From Thermodesulfobacteriota bacterium (GTDB lineage Bacteria; Desulfobacterota; Desulfobulbia; Desulfobulbales; JAGXFP01), in contig JBDLJC010000006.1 in assembly GCA_039714535.1 (NCBI GenBank), positions 18,925 to 82,924 of the forward strand: 64,000 nucleotides of DNA, read 5' to 3'. How positions within the stretch are numbered: position 1 is the stretch's first letter; every line of letters begins with the position of its first letter. A program made the translations under genes and the position numbers. Below the pieces are notes generated by a model. It had not been told where the DNA came from. It did no database searches and saw nothing but the letters and a program-made list of their open reading frames with translations. This document shows, piece by piece, positions 19,363-28,968 of the stretch.

Positions 19363-20136
19363 ATGGATCCAACCCATAAAAAAGAACCGAAGGTTGTCGC
19401 AATAATTCCGGCCCGATATCATTCAAACCGTTTTGAGGGTAAACCCCTGGCCAAGATCATGGGTAAAGCGATGATCCAGCATGTTTATGAGCGGGCCTTG
19501 GCGGTTGATCTGGTCTCACTGGTGGCGGTGGCCACCGATGATGAAAGGATAGCTGAGTGTGTCCGTGGTTTTGGCGGCCAGGTGGTGATGACCAGTTCCG
19601 ACCATGTCTCCGGGACCGACCGGCTGGCCGAAGCCGCGACCCTTCTTGATATCAATGAGCAGGATGTGGTCGTCAATATTCAAGGCGACCAACCCCTCTT
19701 TGATCTCTCCGTGGTTGAGCAGGTGGCGCGGCCATTATTGGATGACCCGGCCCTGCCGATGTCCACTCTTATCTATAAGATAATTCGTCCCGAAGAGATC
19801 GATGATCCGAATCATGTTAAAACGGTTTTTGATGTCAACGGCATGGCCCTCTATTTTTCCAGGGCACCGATCCCTTTTCAGCGGAACCCGGAAGAACCGC
19901 AGACGCCTACTTACTACAAGCATCTTGGCTTTTACGCGTACCGCAAGGGTTTCTTGCTGACCTTTGTCGGTCTGCCTGAAGGCGAATGGGAGCGCTTCGA
20001 AAAACTTGAGCAACTGCGGGCTCTGGAATATGGCTATAATATCAAAGTTGTTCTCACCGAACATGACTCGGTTGAGGTGGATACGCCCCAGGATCTGGCC
20101 AGAGTTGAGGGGGTGTTCCGTGGTGGTGCAAAGTAA
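19363..20136 (+). CDS. kdsB: 3-deoxy-manno-octulosonate cytidylyltransferase
   Basis: IIPARYHSNRFEGKPL, SGTDRLAEA, VVNIQGDQP, ALYFSRAPIP, HLGFYAYR, EKLEQLRALE. Confidence 0.95.
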   Translation: MDPTHKKEPKVVAIIPARYHSNRFEGKPLAKIMGKAMIQHVYERALAVDLVSLVAVATDDERIAECVRGFGGQVVMTSSDHVSGTDRLAEAATLLDINEQDVVVNIQGDQPLFDLSVVEQVARPLLDDPALPMSTLIYKIIRPEEIDDPNHVKTVFDVNGMALYFSRAPIPFQRNPEEPQTPTYYKHLGFYAYRKGFLLTFVGLPEGEWERFEKLEQLRALEYGYNIKVVLTEHDSVEVDTPQDLARVEGVFRGGAK

Positions 20137-20197
20137 GTTGTGTTTGCTGATAACTATTGTTTTAAAAATCATAGATAATGAATGAGAGGTTGACGTA

Positions 20198-21124
20198 ATG
20201 CGCAAGAAGATAACGATAATCGGGGCTGGTAATGTTGGTGCTACCGCTGCTCACTGGGCAGCGAGCCGGAGACTGGGCGATGTGGTTCTTCTCGATGTGG
20301 TGGAAGGGATCCCCCAGGGCAAGGCCCTTGACCTGTTACAGGGTGGCCCGGTTGATGAATTTTCCAATATTGTCACGGGTTCTAATGATTATAAAGATTC
20401 CGCTGATTCCGATGTGGTGATCATTACCGCCGGTCTGGCCCGGAAACCGGGGATGTCCCGCGATGATCTGCTGGCCAAGAACGTGGCGATCGTCAAATCC
20501 TGCGCCGAGCAGGCCGCCAAACATTCACCCAATTGCGTGATGATTGTGGTAACCAATCCCATTGACGCCATGGTTTACACGGCGTTCAAGGTCTCAGGTT
20601 TTCCGCGGGAGCGGGTGATCGGCATGGCCGGTGTGCTTGATTCGGCCCGGTACCGCACCTTTCTGGCCATGGAGCTGGGCATTGCCCCCCGGGACGTTAA
20701 TGCCATGGTCATGGGTATCCACGGCGACAATATGTTGCCCTTGGTCAGACTGGCCAATGTTTCAGGAATACCGGTGACCGATTTGATCTCCGCCGAACGA
20801 CTGGCTGAGATTGTCAAACGGACCCAGCAGGGTGGGATTGAGATCGTCAATCACCTGAAAACCGGCAGCGCCTTTTATACCCCGGGCCTGGCTGCCGTGG
20901 AGATGGCCGAGGCGGTCCTGCTCGATAGTCAACGGCTTCTGCCCTGTGCGGCCTATCTTGAAGGGGAGTTCGGCTTTTCCGGCTGTTTCCTTGGGGTACC
21001 GGTGGTGCTGGGTAGTGGCGGGGTGGAACGAATCGTTGAGTTCGAACTTACTGGTGAAGAGAAAGAGGAGATGTTGGTCTCTGAGAATGCGGTCAGGGGT
21101 CAGATGGCTGCTACCGGCCTATAA
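20198..21124 (+). CDS. mdh: Malate dehydrogenase (LDH-like)
   Basis: IIGAGNVG, ITAGLARKPGMSRDDL, VTNPIDAM, GVLDSAR, GIHGD. Confidence 0.92.
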   Translation: MRKKITIIGAGNVGATAAHWAASRRLGDVVLLDVVEGIPQGKALDLLQGGPVDEFSNIVTGSNDYKDSADSDVVIITAGLARKPGMSRDDLLAKNVAIVKSCAEQAAKHSPNCVMIVVTNPIDAMVYTAFKVSGFPRERVIGMAGVLDSARYRTFLAMELGIAPRDVNAMVMGIHGDNMLPLVRLANVSGIPVTDLISAERLAEIVKRTQQGGIEIVNHLKTGSAFYTPGLAAVEMAEAVLLDSQRLLPCAAYLEGEFGFSGCFLGVPVVLGSGGVERIVEFELTGEEKEEMLVSENAVRGQMAATGL

Positions 21125-21188
21125 GGTTCTTGATTTGTAACTATTTAGCCAAGGGAAAAAGGGAAAAAGCGAGACTAAACTCCAACCC

Positions 21189-21223
21189 GTAACATTTCAG
21201 CTGCGCTGCAATTGAATAGTTAC
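21189..21223. mobile_element. 35 bp miniature inverted-repeat remnant with GTAAC...GTTAC ends
   Basis: GTAACATTTCAG ... TTGAATAGTTAC; the ends match the TIRs of the 280 bp element at 47254-47533. Confidence 0.5.
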
Positions 21224-21248
21224 GGGGAGTTTGCGCAATATCTGGTCT

Positions 21249-23468
21249 ATGAGCGACGAAAGAACCACAAACCTGCAGGTTGATGCCGGGTTGTTTGATC
21301 TTTTGCCCGGCGAGGAACTGGTCGAAAAGGTTGTTGAGCTTGCTTTGTCGGCAGGGCCGATCGATCAACCGGATCTGGCGGATCTGAGCGAACAACTTGA
21401 GGGGCTGGATACCAGTGACCTGAATGTCGTGGTTTTTGGCGGCGGCACCGGGCTGTCCAATCTGGTGGGCGGTGACAGCCGCCATCCTTTATGGCCGTTC
21501 TCGTCATTTCGGGGCCTGAAGGAGATATTTCCCCGCGCCAGATCGGTTGTCTGTATAACCGATGACGGTGGTTCGACCGGCGAGCTGCTCAAGGATCTTG
21601 ATCTGATTGCTATCGGCGACCTCCGCCATGTTCTGCTTTCTTCGGTTAGCCTCAAGATATTGCAGGATAGATATGGTCTCGATGAAGATGGTTGCCGGGG
21701 CACGGTTACGATCCTGCATCGTCTCTTTAATTATCGCTTTGATAATCCTCCCCGTGATTTGAACAGTCTGCTGGCGGTGGCGGAGATCAATCTGGCTGGA
21801 TTGCCTGGTGCGATGGCCGGTCCGCTTGCTGATCTCCTTGCCGGCCTGTTTGAAGATGATCGTCTCCGCAAATTATTGCAGCGCCCTCACTGTCTGGGCA
21901 ATCTCCTGGTGGTCTCGGCAATCTGCCGCCAGTCCGATCTTGATGATTTCAGCCATGACCATAAAGCTCTGCTCAAGGCTTTTCGATATCTGGCCGACCT
22001 GCTGGGCGCAGGTCGGGATGCGGTGTTGCCCTGTGCGACGACTTCAGCCCATCTCAAGCTGCTGTACTCCAATGGAGTGATGGTCTCTGGTGAGTACAAG
22101 GCGGGGCATGCCCGTCGCGGTTGTCCGGTGGAACGTCTATTTGTCTATTCCCACGGTGAGCCCCAGATTCCAGCCGAAGTACTCGATAATATTAATGGTG
22201 CCGATATTATCATCTTTGCGCCGGGCAGTCTCTACACCAGCATTATTCCGATCCTGCAGTTGCCGGCAATTTCCGAGGCGGTAAGAAGTAACCGTCGCGC
22301 TCTTAAATTATTGGTTGCCAATCTCTGGGTCCAGAAAGGTGAGACCGATTTGGTGGCGTGCTCCTCCAGGCGGCGGTTTTACATTTCCGATCTAATCCTG
22401 GCTTATCATCGTAATATCCCCGGCGGGGTCGATGGCCTGTTCCGGCAGGTAATGACGCTGGGGTTGCACGATATTCCCGGCAGTATCCTCCAAAGTTATG
22501 CCTTGGAGGGTAAGGTGCCGATCTATTTTGATCGGGACCAAGTTGCGAAACTAGGTTTTATGCCGGTTGAATGCCCAATTTTTTCCGACCAAGCCCTGGA
22601 GGAACGCTTGGTGCTACAGCATGATCCAGAGGCCATGGCCAGGGCCGTTCGGGCTGTCTGGGCCGTGCATGATCAATTTGCTGCGGGCGGTCGAATCTCT
22701 CTACCGCTGGAAAGATCTGCATCCTCGGTCAGGGTCGGCCCTGCTACTGATATTCCGGCTCGACGGTTGGCTGCTATCACCGACCTTCTTACTGGTTTTG
22801 ATGTTGATCTCCAGTTAAAGGAGCGGTTGCTGGATATTCTTTGGCATCATCGGGATATAAATATCGACCATCTCACCTATCTTGATGGGGTGGTGCTGGT
22901 CGATAGACTTGTTTGGAACCGTTCCCAGAGATGGGACAGAATCTTTTCTTTTTACGATCCGCAGGACCGATTGATCAAGATCAGGCAGGATGTCTTTGCC
23001 GATCAGGACCGTTTTGAACTGGCTTTTCTGGTGGCCTTGGGGGAATCGCTGCTGGGTAATTACGCCGCTGGAAAAGAGATGCTGCCCGTGGAAAATGATG
23101 TGGGACCGCTGGGCCGGATCTATCAGATAGCCCTTAGAACTGAATCGGAGCGGCGATGCTTTTTTGATGACAGCGATCTGCAGGAGTATCTGGAGTTGGC
23201 CAGAATGTGCCGCTCAGTTGAAAATCCGCATATTTACACCAGACTGTTGAACGGCAGGGAGGGCTTCACGCCTCCGGGGTTGCTTTTCGGGTTGGTCTTT
23301 GCCTGGTATCTTGATAATCGTTTTGCGGCCCACATCGAGTATAAAATGGCTATTCTGGGCATGGAGGTACCAGATATGATTCCGGAACAGGCTAAAGTTT
23401 GTTCGCGGCGGCGGCGACTGGTCGATTTTTTCCGTCGGAGAGTGTTTGTTGGTTATATGAGTGAGTAG
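21249..23468 (+). CDS. YvcK/CofD-family protein with a long C-terminal extension
   Basis: VVVFGGGTGLS, TDDGGSTG, GDLRHVL, IFAPGSLYTSIIP. About 250 extra C-terminal residues beyond the usual family length. Likely ATG at 21249; the track starts at 21231. Confidence 0.8.
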   Translation: MSDERTTNLQVDAGLFDLLPGEELVEKVVELALSAGPIDQPDLADLSEQLEGLDTSDLNVVVFGGGTGLSNLVGGDSRHPLWPFSSFRGLKEIFPRARSVVCITDDGGSTGELLKDLDLIAIGDLRHVLLSSVSLKILQDRYGLDEDGCRGTVTILHRLFNYRFDNPPRDLNSLLAVAEINLAGLPGAMAGPLADLLAGLFEDDRLRKLLQRPHCLGNLLVVSAICRQSDLDDFSHDHKALLKAFRYLADLLGAGRDAVLPCATTSAHLKLLYSNGVMVSGEYKAGHARRGCPVERLFVYSHGEPQIPAEVLDNINGADIIIFAPGSLYTSIIPILQLPAISEAVRSNRRALKLLVANLWVQKGETDLVACSSRRRFYISDLILAYHRNIPGGVDGLFRQVMTLGLHDIPGSILQSYALEGKVPIYFDRDQVAKLGFMPVECPIFSDQALEERLVLQHDPEAMARAVRAVWAVHDQFAAGGRISLPLERSASSVRVGPATDIPARRLAAITDLLTGFDVDLQLKERLLDILWHHRDINIDHLTYLDGVVLVDRLVWNRSQRWDRIFSFYDPQDRLIKIRQDVFADQDRFELAFLVALGESLLGNYAAGKEMLPVENDVGPLGRIYQIALRTESERRCFFDDSDLQEYLELARMCRSVENPHIYTRLLNGREGFTPPGLLFGLVFAWYLDNRFAAHIEYKMAILGMEVPDMIPEQAKVCSRRRRLVDFFRRRVFVGYMSE

Positions 23469-23639
23469 ATATAGACCCCACAGTGGCCGGTATTGATGAC
23501 CTCTGGAAGGTATTCTCCCAAAATTTGCGAAGTACTTATGGGAGCGCAGAAACAATGAGTACTGTCTATTGCCAGTCTTGTCTACTCGTGAATGTCGAGC
23601 CATGCCGGCATAAGAGGGGGGCTATCTTTCTAGATGCTT

Positions 23640-23673
23640 GAGTCGTGTGACGGGAAACTGTCACGCACAGTTC
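23640..23673 (+). mobile_element. Group II intron domain V remnant (degenerate)
   Basis: GAGTCGTGTGACGG-GAAA-CTGTC-AC-GCACAGTTC: 34 nt, GAAA loop, AC bulge. Catalytic triad is AGT rather than AGC and there is one stem mismatch. No RT ORF. Confidence 0.75.
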
Positions 23674-23727
23674 GTAAAGGATGACGTTAAGGATGACGTT
23701 CTTGATATCACAAAATAAGGCACATAG

Positions 23728-24366
23728 ATGAAAAGAAAACTACACATAGGTGGCAAGCAGCGAGCTGATGGGTGGGAAATTGTGAATGCAATCTCAGCTC
23801 CTTATGTTGATCATATCTGTAACGCTAATGATTTGTCTCAATTCGCAGATGGGACATTCTCTGAATTATATGCTTCTCATGTTGTTGAGCACTTGGATTA
23901 TCAAAATGAATTAGTATCCACCCTTAAAGAATGGTGGCGCATCATGGAACCTGGTGGGAAAATATATATCAGTGTTCCTGACCTAGAAGTTTTATCAAAA
24001 CTTATTCTTTCAAAGAATAAATTAACGATTGACGAACGTTTCCACGTAATGAGGATGCTATTTGGTGGTCATGTAGACAAGTATGATTATCACGTAGTTG
24101 GGTTAAACGAGGAATTTCTCACAGGATTTCTCAAAATAGCTGGGTTTATAAATATTATAAAGGTCGAGGGGTTTGATCTTTTTAACGACACAAGTAATTT
24201 GAAGTTTAAGGAGGTTGCAATAAGTTTAAATATAATTGCAGAAAAACCCAACAGATCTATCTCAGACGTAAATATTAATTCGGCCTTTGGTAAAAGTGGT
24301 CGGAATGAGCCTTGTCCGTGTGGTAGTGGAAGAAAGTATAAAAAATGTCATGGTAAACGCGTCTAA
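23728..24366 (+). CDS. Class I SAM-dependent methyltransferase with C-terminal SEC-C motif
   Basis: KLHIGG, YASHVVEHL, RIMEPGGKIYISVPDL; C-terminal [19 protein letters not shown]. Confidence 0.82.
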   Translation: MKRKLHIGGKQRADGWEIVNAISAPYVDHICNANDLSQFADGTFSELYASHVVEHLDYQNELVSTLKEWWRIMEPGGKIYISVPDLEVLSKLILSKNKLTIDERFHVMRMLFGGHVDKYDYHVVGLNEEFLTGFLKIAGFINIIKVEGFDLFNDTSNLKFKEVAISLNIIAEKPNRSISDVNINSAFGKSGRNEPCPCGSGRKYKKCHGKRV

Positions 24367-24744
24367 CCAATAAGGATTACTGCGACTGGAACGGTCGCAA
24401 TTAATACATTGTTCAAATAACCTGAAGGTATTTGGAACCGGGCACCATATAGGGTATTGCTTCTTCGCCATATTTTTTTCAGGTAGAGAAAATCAAGATC
24501 AACTAGTCGAATCATCCTCACAAATAACTGCGACCCCATTGTAAATATGTGAAATCATTGCCTTAACTTGAAATGTTAACACCCTTGGATTTATGGGTGA
24601 AGACATTCAGAGGAGAGAAGAAATGATTAAGAGTTGTTTTGAGGTGGTACGGGGGGCTGAGCCTTTTCTTGAAAGCGGATTTAATCTCGAAAGGATGTGT
24701 CTCCACGGTTGCCTATCTAGGATTTTGGTTGTTAACTCAAGTAG

Positions 24745-26748
24745 TTATTTTTTTGAAGAGAATCCGTTTAGATAAATTTCTTTGTAAATGCCCTCCAATG
24801 TTTTCGTGAATTGCTGGCTGTCCATGAGCGATGATTGTTGTAGCTTTTCACGTATACTACCGCGTAATTCTGTTAACTTATCTATGTTATGTGCTAGTGA
24901 TACGGTCAGATTTTTATATTCCACCCATGATTCAGCTACCAATTCCTTAAGCCCAGTATGATTCATGATACTGGCACCTACTCTTCCGGAATGGCGGTCA
25001 CCCAACATTGTTACCACGGGAACTCCCATCCACAAAGCCTCAAACGTGGTCGTCGTTCCGTTGTATGGAAAGGGATCAAGGCCTATATCAATTTTCCTAT
25101 ACAGGTCTAGATGCGCCTCTTTTTTTGGCAACCGGCCCAAAATTTCTATACGATTAGCAACGATCCCGTAAGCCTCAAACATCTTAATATATCGCACCTT
25201 ACTCTCAAGATTTGCAAAAATGCTGCTTTTCAGGAGAAGACGGGAATTGGTAACTGAATTTAAGATCTCCGCCCAAAGCCGAACGACCTCAGTAGAAATT
25301 TTGGACATATTATTAAAAGAACCAAAAGTAATGTAACCCTTTTTGATGCAGGGTGCTGGTCTTACTTCCGGTGCAGTGGCCTCAGGTTGATAACAGAGGA
25401 AACCATTTTTCATGCGGATTAGTTTTTCGCTGTGCAATTTATCTGCTTCACCAGGAGGGTCTGCTATAGCATCGGTTAACCGGTAGTCCAGAGCTTTTAG
25501 GCCGGTTGTATTCGGATAACCTAGCCATGTTATCTGCACCTTTGCCGGACGTTGAGCAAAGACCAGTAATCTATTGCCTTTTGAATGTCCTGCAAGGTCT
25601 ACGAGAATGTCAATCTCATTTTCTTTGATCAAATCTATAACTTTTGTGTCTTCCATTCCCCAGATATCGTGCCATTCATCGGCTGCATCACGTAAGCGTT
25701 GCGTGACTACGTCTGTTTTTTCGACATTAGCATAGCAATAAACCTTTATGTTTTCTCTGTTATGATAACGAAGAACAGGTTCGATAAAATAAGAAACTGA
25801 ATGGTCACAGAAATCTGGGGAAAGGTAGCCAATTTTTAATCGACGCCCTTCTTCGCGGTCATTTTCAAGGCTTTGTTCATCAGTTAGAGTGGTTGGTGCG
25901 TACAACTCATTCCAACGTAGTGATTCCAAATAAATTTCTTCCTGTGAAACGGTTGGCACATAATTAAGATCGAACAATATACTTGAATGAGTATTATGTT
26001 CTGGATCAAGAGCGAGAGATTGCCGATAAAAGGAAACTGCGTCATTAGCTGCGCCCATTTTTTCACATATAGCACCAAGATTTCTATAAGCTGGCGCATA
26101 GTCTTTGTTCAAATCCAAGGCTTTCTTGCAACTATTCTCAGCTTCTTGGAGTCTGCCAGTATTTATCAATGCATATGCCAGATTACTATGCAAATTTGGA
26201 TCAAGACTATTTATTTCTATGGCTCGCTTAAAGCAAGTTACAATGTCTTCATGCCTGCCAAGTTCATAAAATATTATTCCAAGTTTATTCCAGGCTCTCA
26301 AATAATTTTTATTTATGGCGAGAGCTTTTTTGAAACATTCGATCGACTTTTCTCTCTGTCCGAAGAGATGGTAGGTGTTGCCTAACTCAAAATAAGCCTC
26401 AGTGAATTTCGGTTTGACGTCTATTGCATGGATAAAAAATTCTGAAGCACGAAGGAGTTGGCCTTGGCGAAGGGACAGTAGGCCATATACATATAAAGCT
26501 GTAGGGTTATCTGGGTTTGATTTTAATTCCTCAGCACTTGCTGTTTCAGCTTCTTGCATTCTCCCAGAATTATATAATCGTAGAGGAATAGAGCTTTCTG
26601 GCTTGAATACCATTTTGTTTCGCCGGTTTCGTAGCTTTTTAGCTAGTTTGTTCTTCTTTGGTGTTTTTTTGCCCATACCCATGTTGTAACCCTGTAAGAA
26701 ATCTTGCCCAAGAGAGTGTCTGTCAATGATCTCGGTAAAATGGAACAA
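24745..26748 (-). CDS. TPR-containing O-GlcNAc transferase-like (SPINDLY/GT41) protein
   Basis: N-terminal TPRs followed by KIGYLSPDFCDHSV, DILVDLAGHS, QITWLGYPNTTG, FGSFNN, LDPFPYNGTTTTFEALWMGVPVVT. The start may be ATG at 26682. Confidence 0.88.
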   Translation of the reverse strand: MFHFTEIIDRHSLGQDFLQGYNMGMGKKTPKKNKLAKKLRNRRNKMVFKPESSIPLRLYNSGRMQEAETASAEELKSNPDNPTALYVYGLLSLRQGQLLRASEFFIHAIDVKPKFTEAYFELGNTYHLFGQREKSIECFKKALAINKNYLRAWNKLGIIFYELGRHEDIVTCFKRAIEINSLDPNLHSNLAYALINTGRLQEAENSCKKALDLNKDYAPAYRNLGAICEKMGAANDAVSFYRQSLALDPEHNTHSSILFDLNYVPTVSQEEIYLESLRWNELYAPTTLTDEQSLENDREEGRRLKIGYLSPDFCDHSVSYFIEPVLRYHNRENIKVYCYANVEKTDVVTQRLRDAADEWHDIWGMEDTKVIDLIKENEIDILVDLAGHSKGNRLLVFAQRPAKVQITWLGYPNTTGLKALDYRLTDAIADPPGEADKLHSEKLIRMKNGFLCYQPEATAPEVRPAPCIKKGYITFGSFNNMSKISTEVVRLWAEILNSVTNSRLLLKSSIFANLESKVRYIKMFEAYGIVANRIEILGRLPKKEAHLDLYRKIDIGLDPFPYNGTTTTFEALWMGVPVVTMLGDRHSGRVGASIMNHTGLKELVAESWVEYKNLTVSLAHNIDKLTELRGSIREKLQQSSLMDSQQFTKTLEGIYKEIYLNGFSSKK

Positions 26749-26933
26749 TTTGATTGTAAAATATTATTCCAAGACACTTCTTTTTGTTGTAATTGTGGGG
26801 AGTGACTTTTTATTTATTTAAAACAACCTGCCAATCAAGTTAAGTAGACAGCGCAGAGTGTAGCGGCCTAACGGCATTGATACTGTGTCAGGATTGGTGT
26901 TTTGAGAGCTTCGACGGAGAAAAGAACATAATA

Positions 26934-27974
26934 ATGAAGAGAGAACGAGATTGCAATTTAGACTTATTGAAAGCTATTGCTATTGTTTTTGTGCTTTTGT
27001 GGCATTTACGGCCTGTTGCCCTAACCCCTGTTCCGCTTACTAACAGCCTTCCTTACTTTTTAATTAATATTTTTAATAACAAGATTACACTTATTGCTGT
27101 CCCTCTTTTTTATCTTATTTCCAACCGGTTATTCTTAGAAAATGTAAAAACCAGTAGTAATTATGTTTCGCAAAGAATTACTCGGATTCTAACAATCTAT
27201 TTGTTTTGGACATTAGTTCAAATAGTCTTGTATTATATCACCTTTTTCGTTTTTGAGTATTTTAGGTGGGGGTGGCCCATAGAACCTCGGTCGCTATTTA
27301 AACATATTATCATGGGGGGGCCTAGTCTGCCAATTGTTGGAGACTCTGTGTTTTACTTTCTATTCAATCTATTATTGCTTACTTGCATAGCGTTCATATA
27401 TTCAAAAATTAAGGAAGAATGGAGATTCAAACTCAGTTGTTTGCTCGTTGTTTTATATTGCTTATATTTCCTTATGCTTCATTTTGTTAATGCACCTATT
27501 CCTTATTGGAGGATAGACAATTTCATTGTTTATATTCCCTTAGCAGATATTTGTTTAAAGAAGAATAATAGATTGTTTTTCTTTTTATCCTTATCATTAT
27601 TTGGTGCATTCATATTGTATGAACACCATCAATATGAAATAACTTCTATTTATGCTAGGAATTCAATTCTATTTGGCACGCTATCATTTTATTTAGGGGT
27701 TAATGAGATAACCTTGAAAAGATTGCCTGGCAAAATAAATTTATTATCATTTTATTCTTTAGGTATTTTTTCATTACATAAATATTGGATGATGATTTTT
27801 ATTGTCTGCCTGTCTCTGCTGTTTAATTATCTACACATTAATCAGCAAATTAGACTTGCAACTAGTTTTCTTTCTATTTTGCAGTTCTTTGCCGCTACCT
27901 TGGCTTTCTTGTTTACTATTCTAACTGTTTATGTGATGAATCTTTCAAAGTATCTTCGCAAATATGTTAGGTGA
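26934..27974 (+). CDS. Acyltransferase family 3 (OafA-like) membrane protein
   Basis: DLLKAIAIVFVLLWH, AVPLFYLISN, RITRIL, many hydrophobic helices, SLGIFSLH. ATG at 26934; the track starts at 26877. Confidence 0.8.
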   Translation: MKRERDCNLDLLKAIAIVFVLLWHLRPVALTPVPLTNSLPYFLINIFNNKITLIAVPLFYLISNRLFLENVKTSSNYVSQRITRILTIYLFWTLVQIVLYYITFFVFEYFRWGWPIEPRSLFKHIIMGGPSLPIVGDSVFYFLFNLLLLTCIAFIYSKIKEEWRFKLSCLLVVLYCLYFLMLHFVNAPIPYWRIDNFIVYIPLADICLKKNNRLFFFLSLSLFGAFILYEHHQYEITSIYARNSILFGTLSFYLGVNEITLKRLPGKINLLSFYSLGIFSLHKYWMMIFIVCLSLLFNYLHINQQIRLATSFLSILQFFAATLAFLFTILTVYVMNLSKYLRKYVR

Positions 27975-28296
27975 TTGTGTGAAATTGCAGGGGAATTATC
28001 TTCCCTGCTGGACACCTCCTTGGCCATTGTAAATATAATGCAGAACGGTGTCCATTGTTTCCAGCCTACTTTGACGAATATGCGTTTATATACAAGATTT
28101 TGACTAAATCAGACAAGCACAGGAATTTATCTGTTTCAGAAAGAAGACTCTATGTTCTGGCTGAAATACAGTGGTAATCAGATTTAAATATGAATTCTTT
28201 CGGCACGATGAAGTGGTTTTCATAGTAATGGTGTTGCGACATGTGGGTATCCTCTTGGTATTTTTCGGTCTTAAGGCTGAAATTTTCCTTGGCTTT

Positions 28297-28968
28297 CTAT
28301 TTGCCGCGAATCTCATACGGCCAGAGAAACTTATGCAGCTGCAGTTGCAGCCGGACCGGCAGTCGGTCCTTCAGGATCCATTCGGCCAGTTGGGCCGACT
28401 CCAGTTTACCGGGCACTGGTGAGAAATGAATAATAATGGCTTTGTTGAGAGCCGTGTTATTGATCAGTTTAACAGCCCATTCATAGTCGGCCCGGGAACA
28501 GAGGACGAATTTCAGTTCATCTCCCGGGCCAAGCAGGTCAAGGTTGTCCGTCAGTAGATGCTCATGCATGGTGCTGCCGGGGCATTTTACGTCCATGATC
28601 TTGACCACCCCGGCCGGGACTTTCGTAAGGCTGATACTGCCGTTGGTTTCCAGCAGGACCCGGCAGCCGGCAGCCAGCAATTCATCCATCAACAGATAGA
28701 CGTTTTCCTGCAGAAGGGGCTCGCCGCCGGTGATCTCCACCGGGAATCCTTCGTGCTGAGCAACGAAGGCCATGATTTCGCTGATATCCTTACGGGTGCC
28801 CGCCTCTTCATAGGTGTATTCGGCATCGCAGTAACTGCAGCGCAGATTGCAGCCAGACAGTCGGATAAAGACGCAGGGTTGCCCACCATAGCTGGACTCG
28901 CCCTGGATACTGAAGAATAATTCCGAAATTTCAAGCTGCGGCGGGGTCTTCACGATAGATGACTCCAC
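28297..28968 (-). CDS. queE: 7-carboxy-7-deazaguanine synthase (radical SAM)
   Basis: ELFFSIQGES, FIRLSGCNLRCSYCD, EITGGEPLLQ, LETNGS, QLQLHK. Confidence 0.9.
   Translation of the reverse strand: MESSIVKTPPQLEISELFFSIQGESSYGGQPCVFIRLSGCNLRCSYCDAEYTYEEAGTRKDISEIMAFVAQHEGFPVEITGGEPLLQENVYLLMDELLAAGCRVLLETNGSISLTKVPAGVVKIMDVKCPGSTMHEHLLTDNLDLLGPGDELKFVLCSRADYEWAVKLINNTALNKAIIIHFSPVPGKLESAQLAEWILKDRLPVRLQLQLHKFLWPYEIRGK

Noticed and set aside
24361-24417. attC-like hairpin: the stop codon lies within GTCTAAC, followed by a TGCGAC/GTCGCA stem
   Set aside because: The right core is GTTCAAA rather than GTTRRRY, the L-box spacing is off by 3 nt, neighbouring genes alternate strand, and there is no intI in the window.
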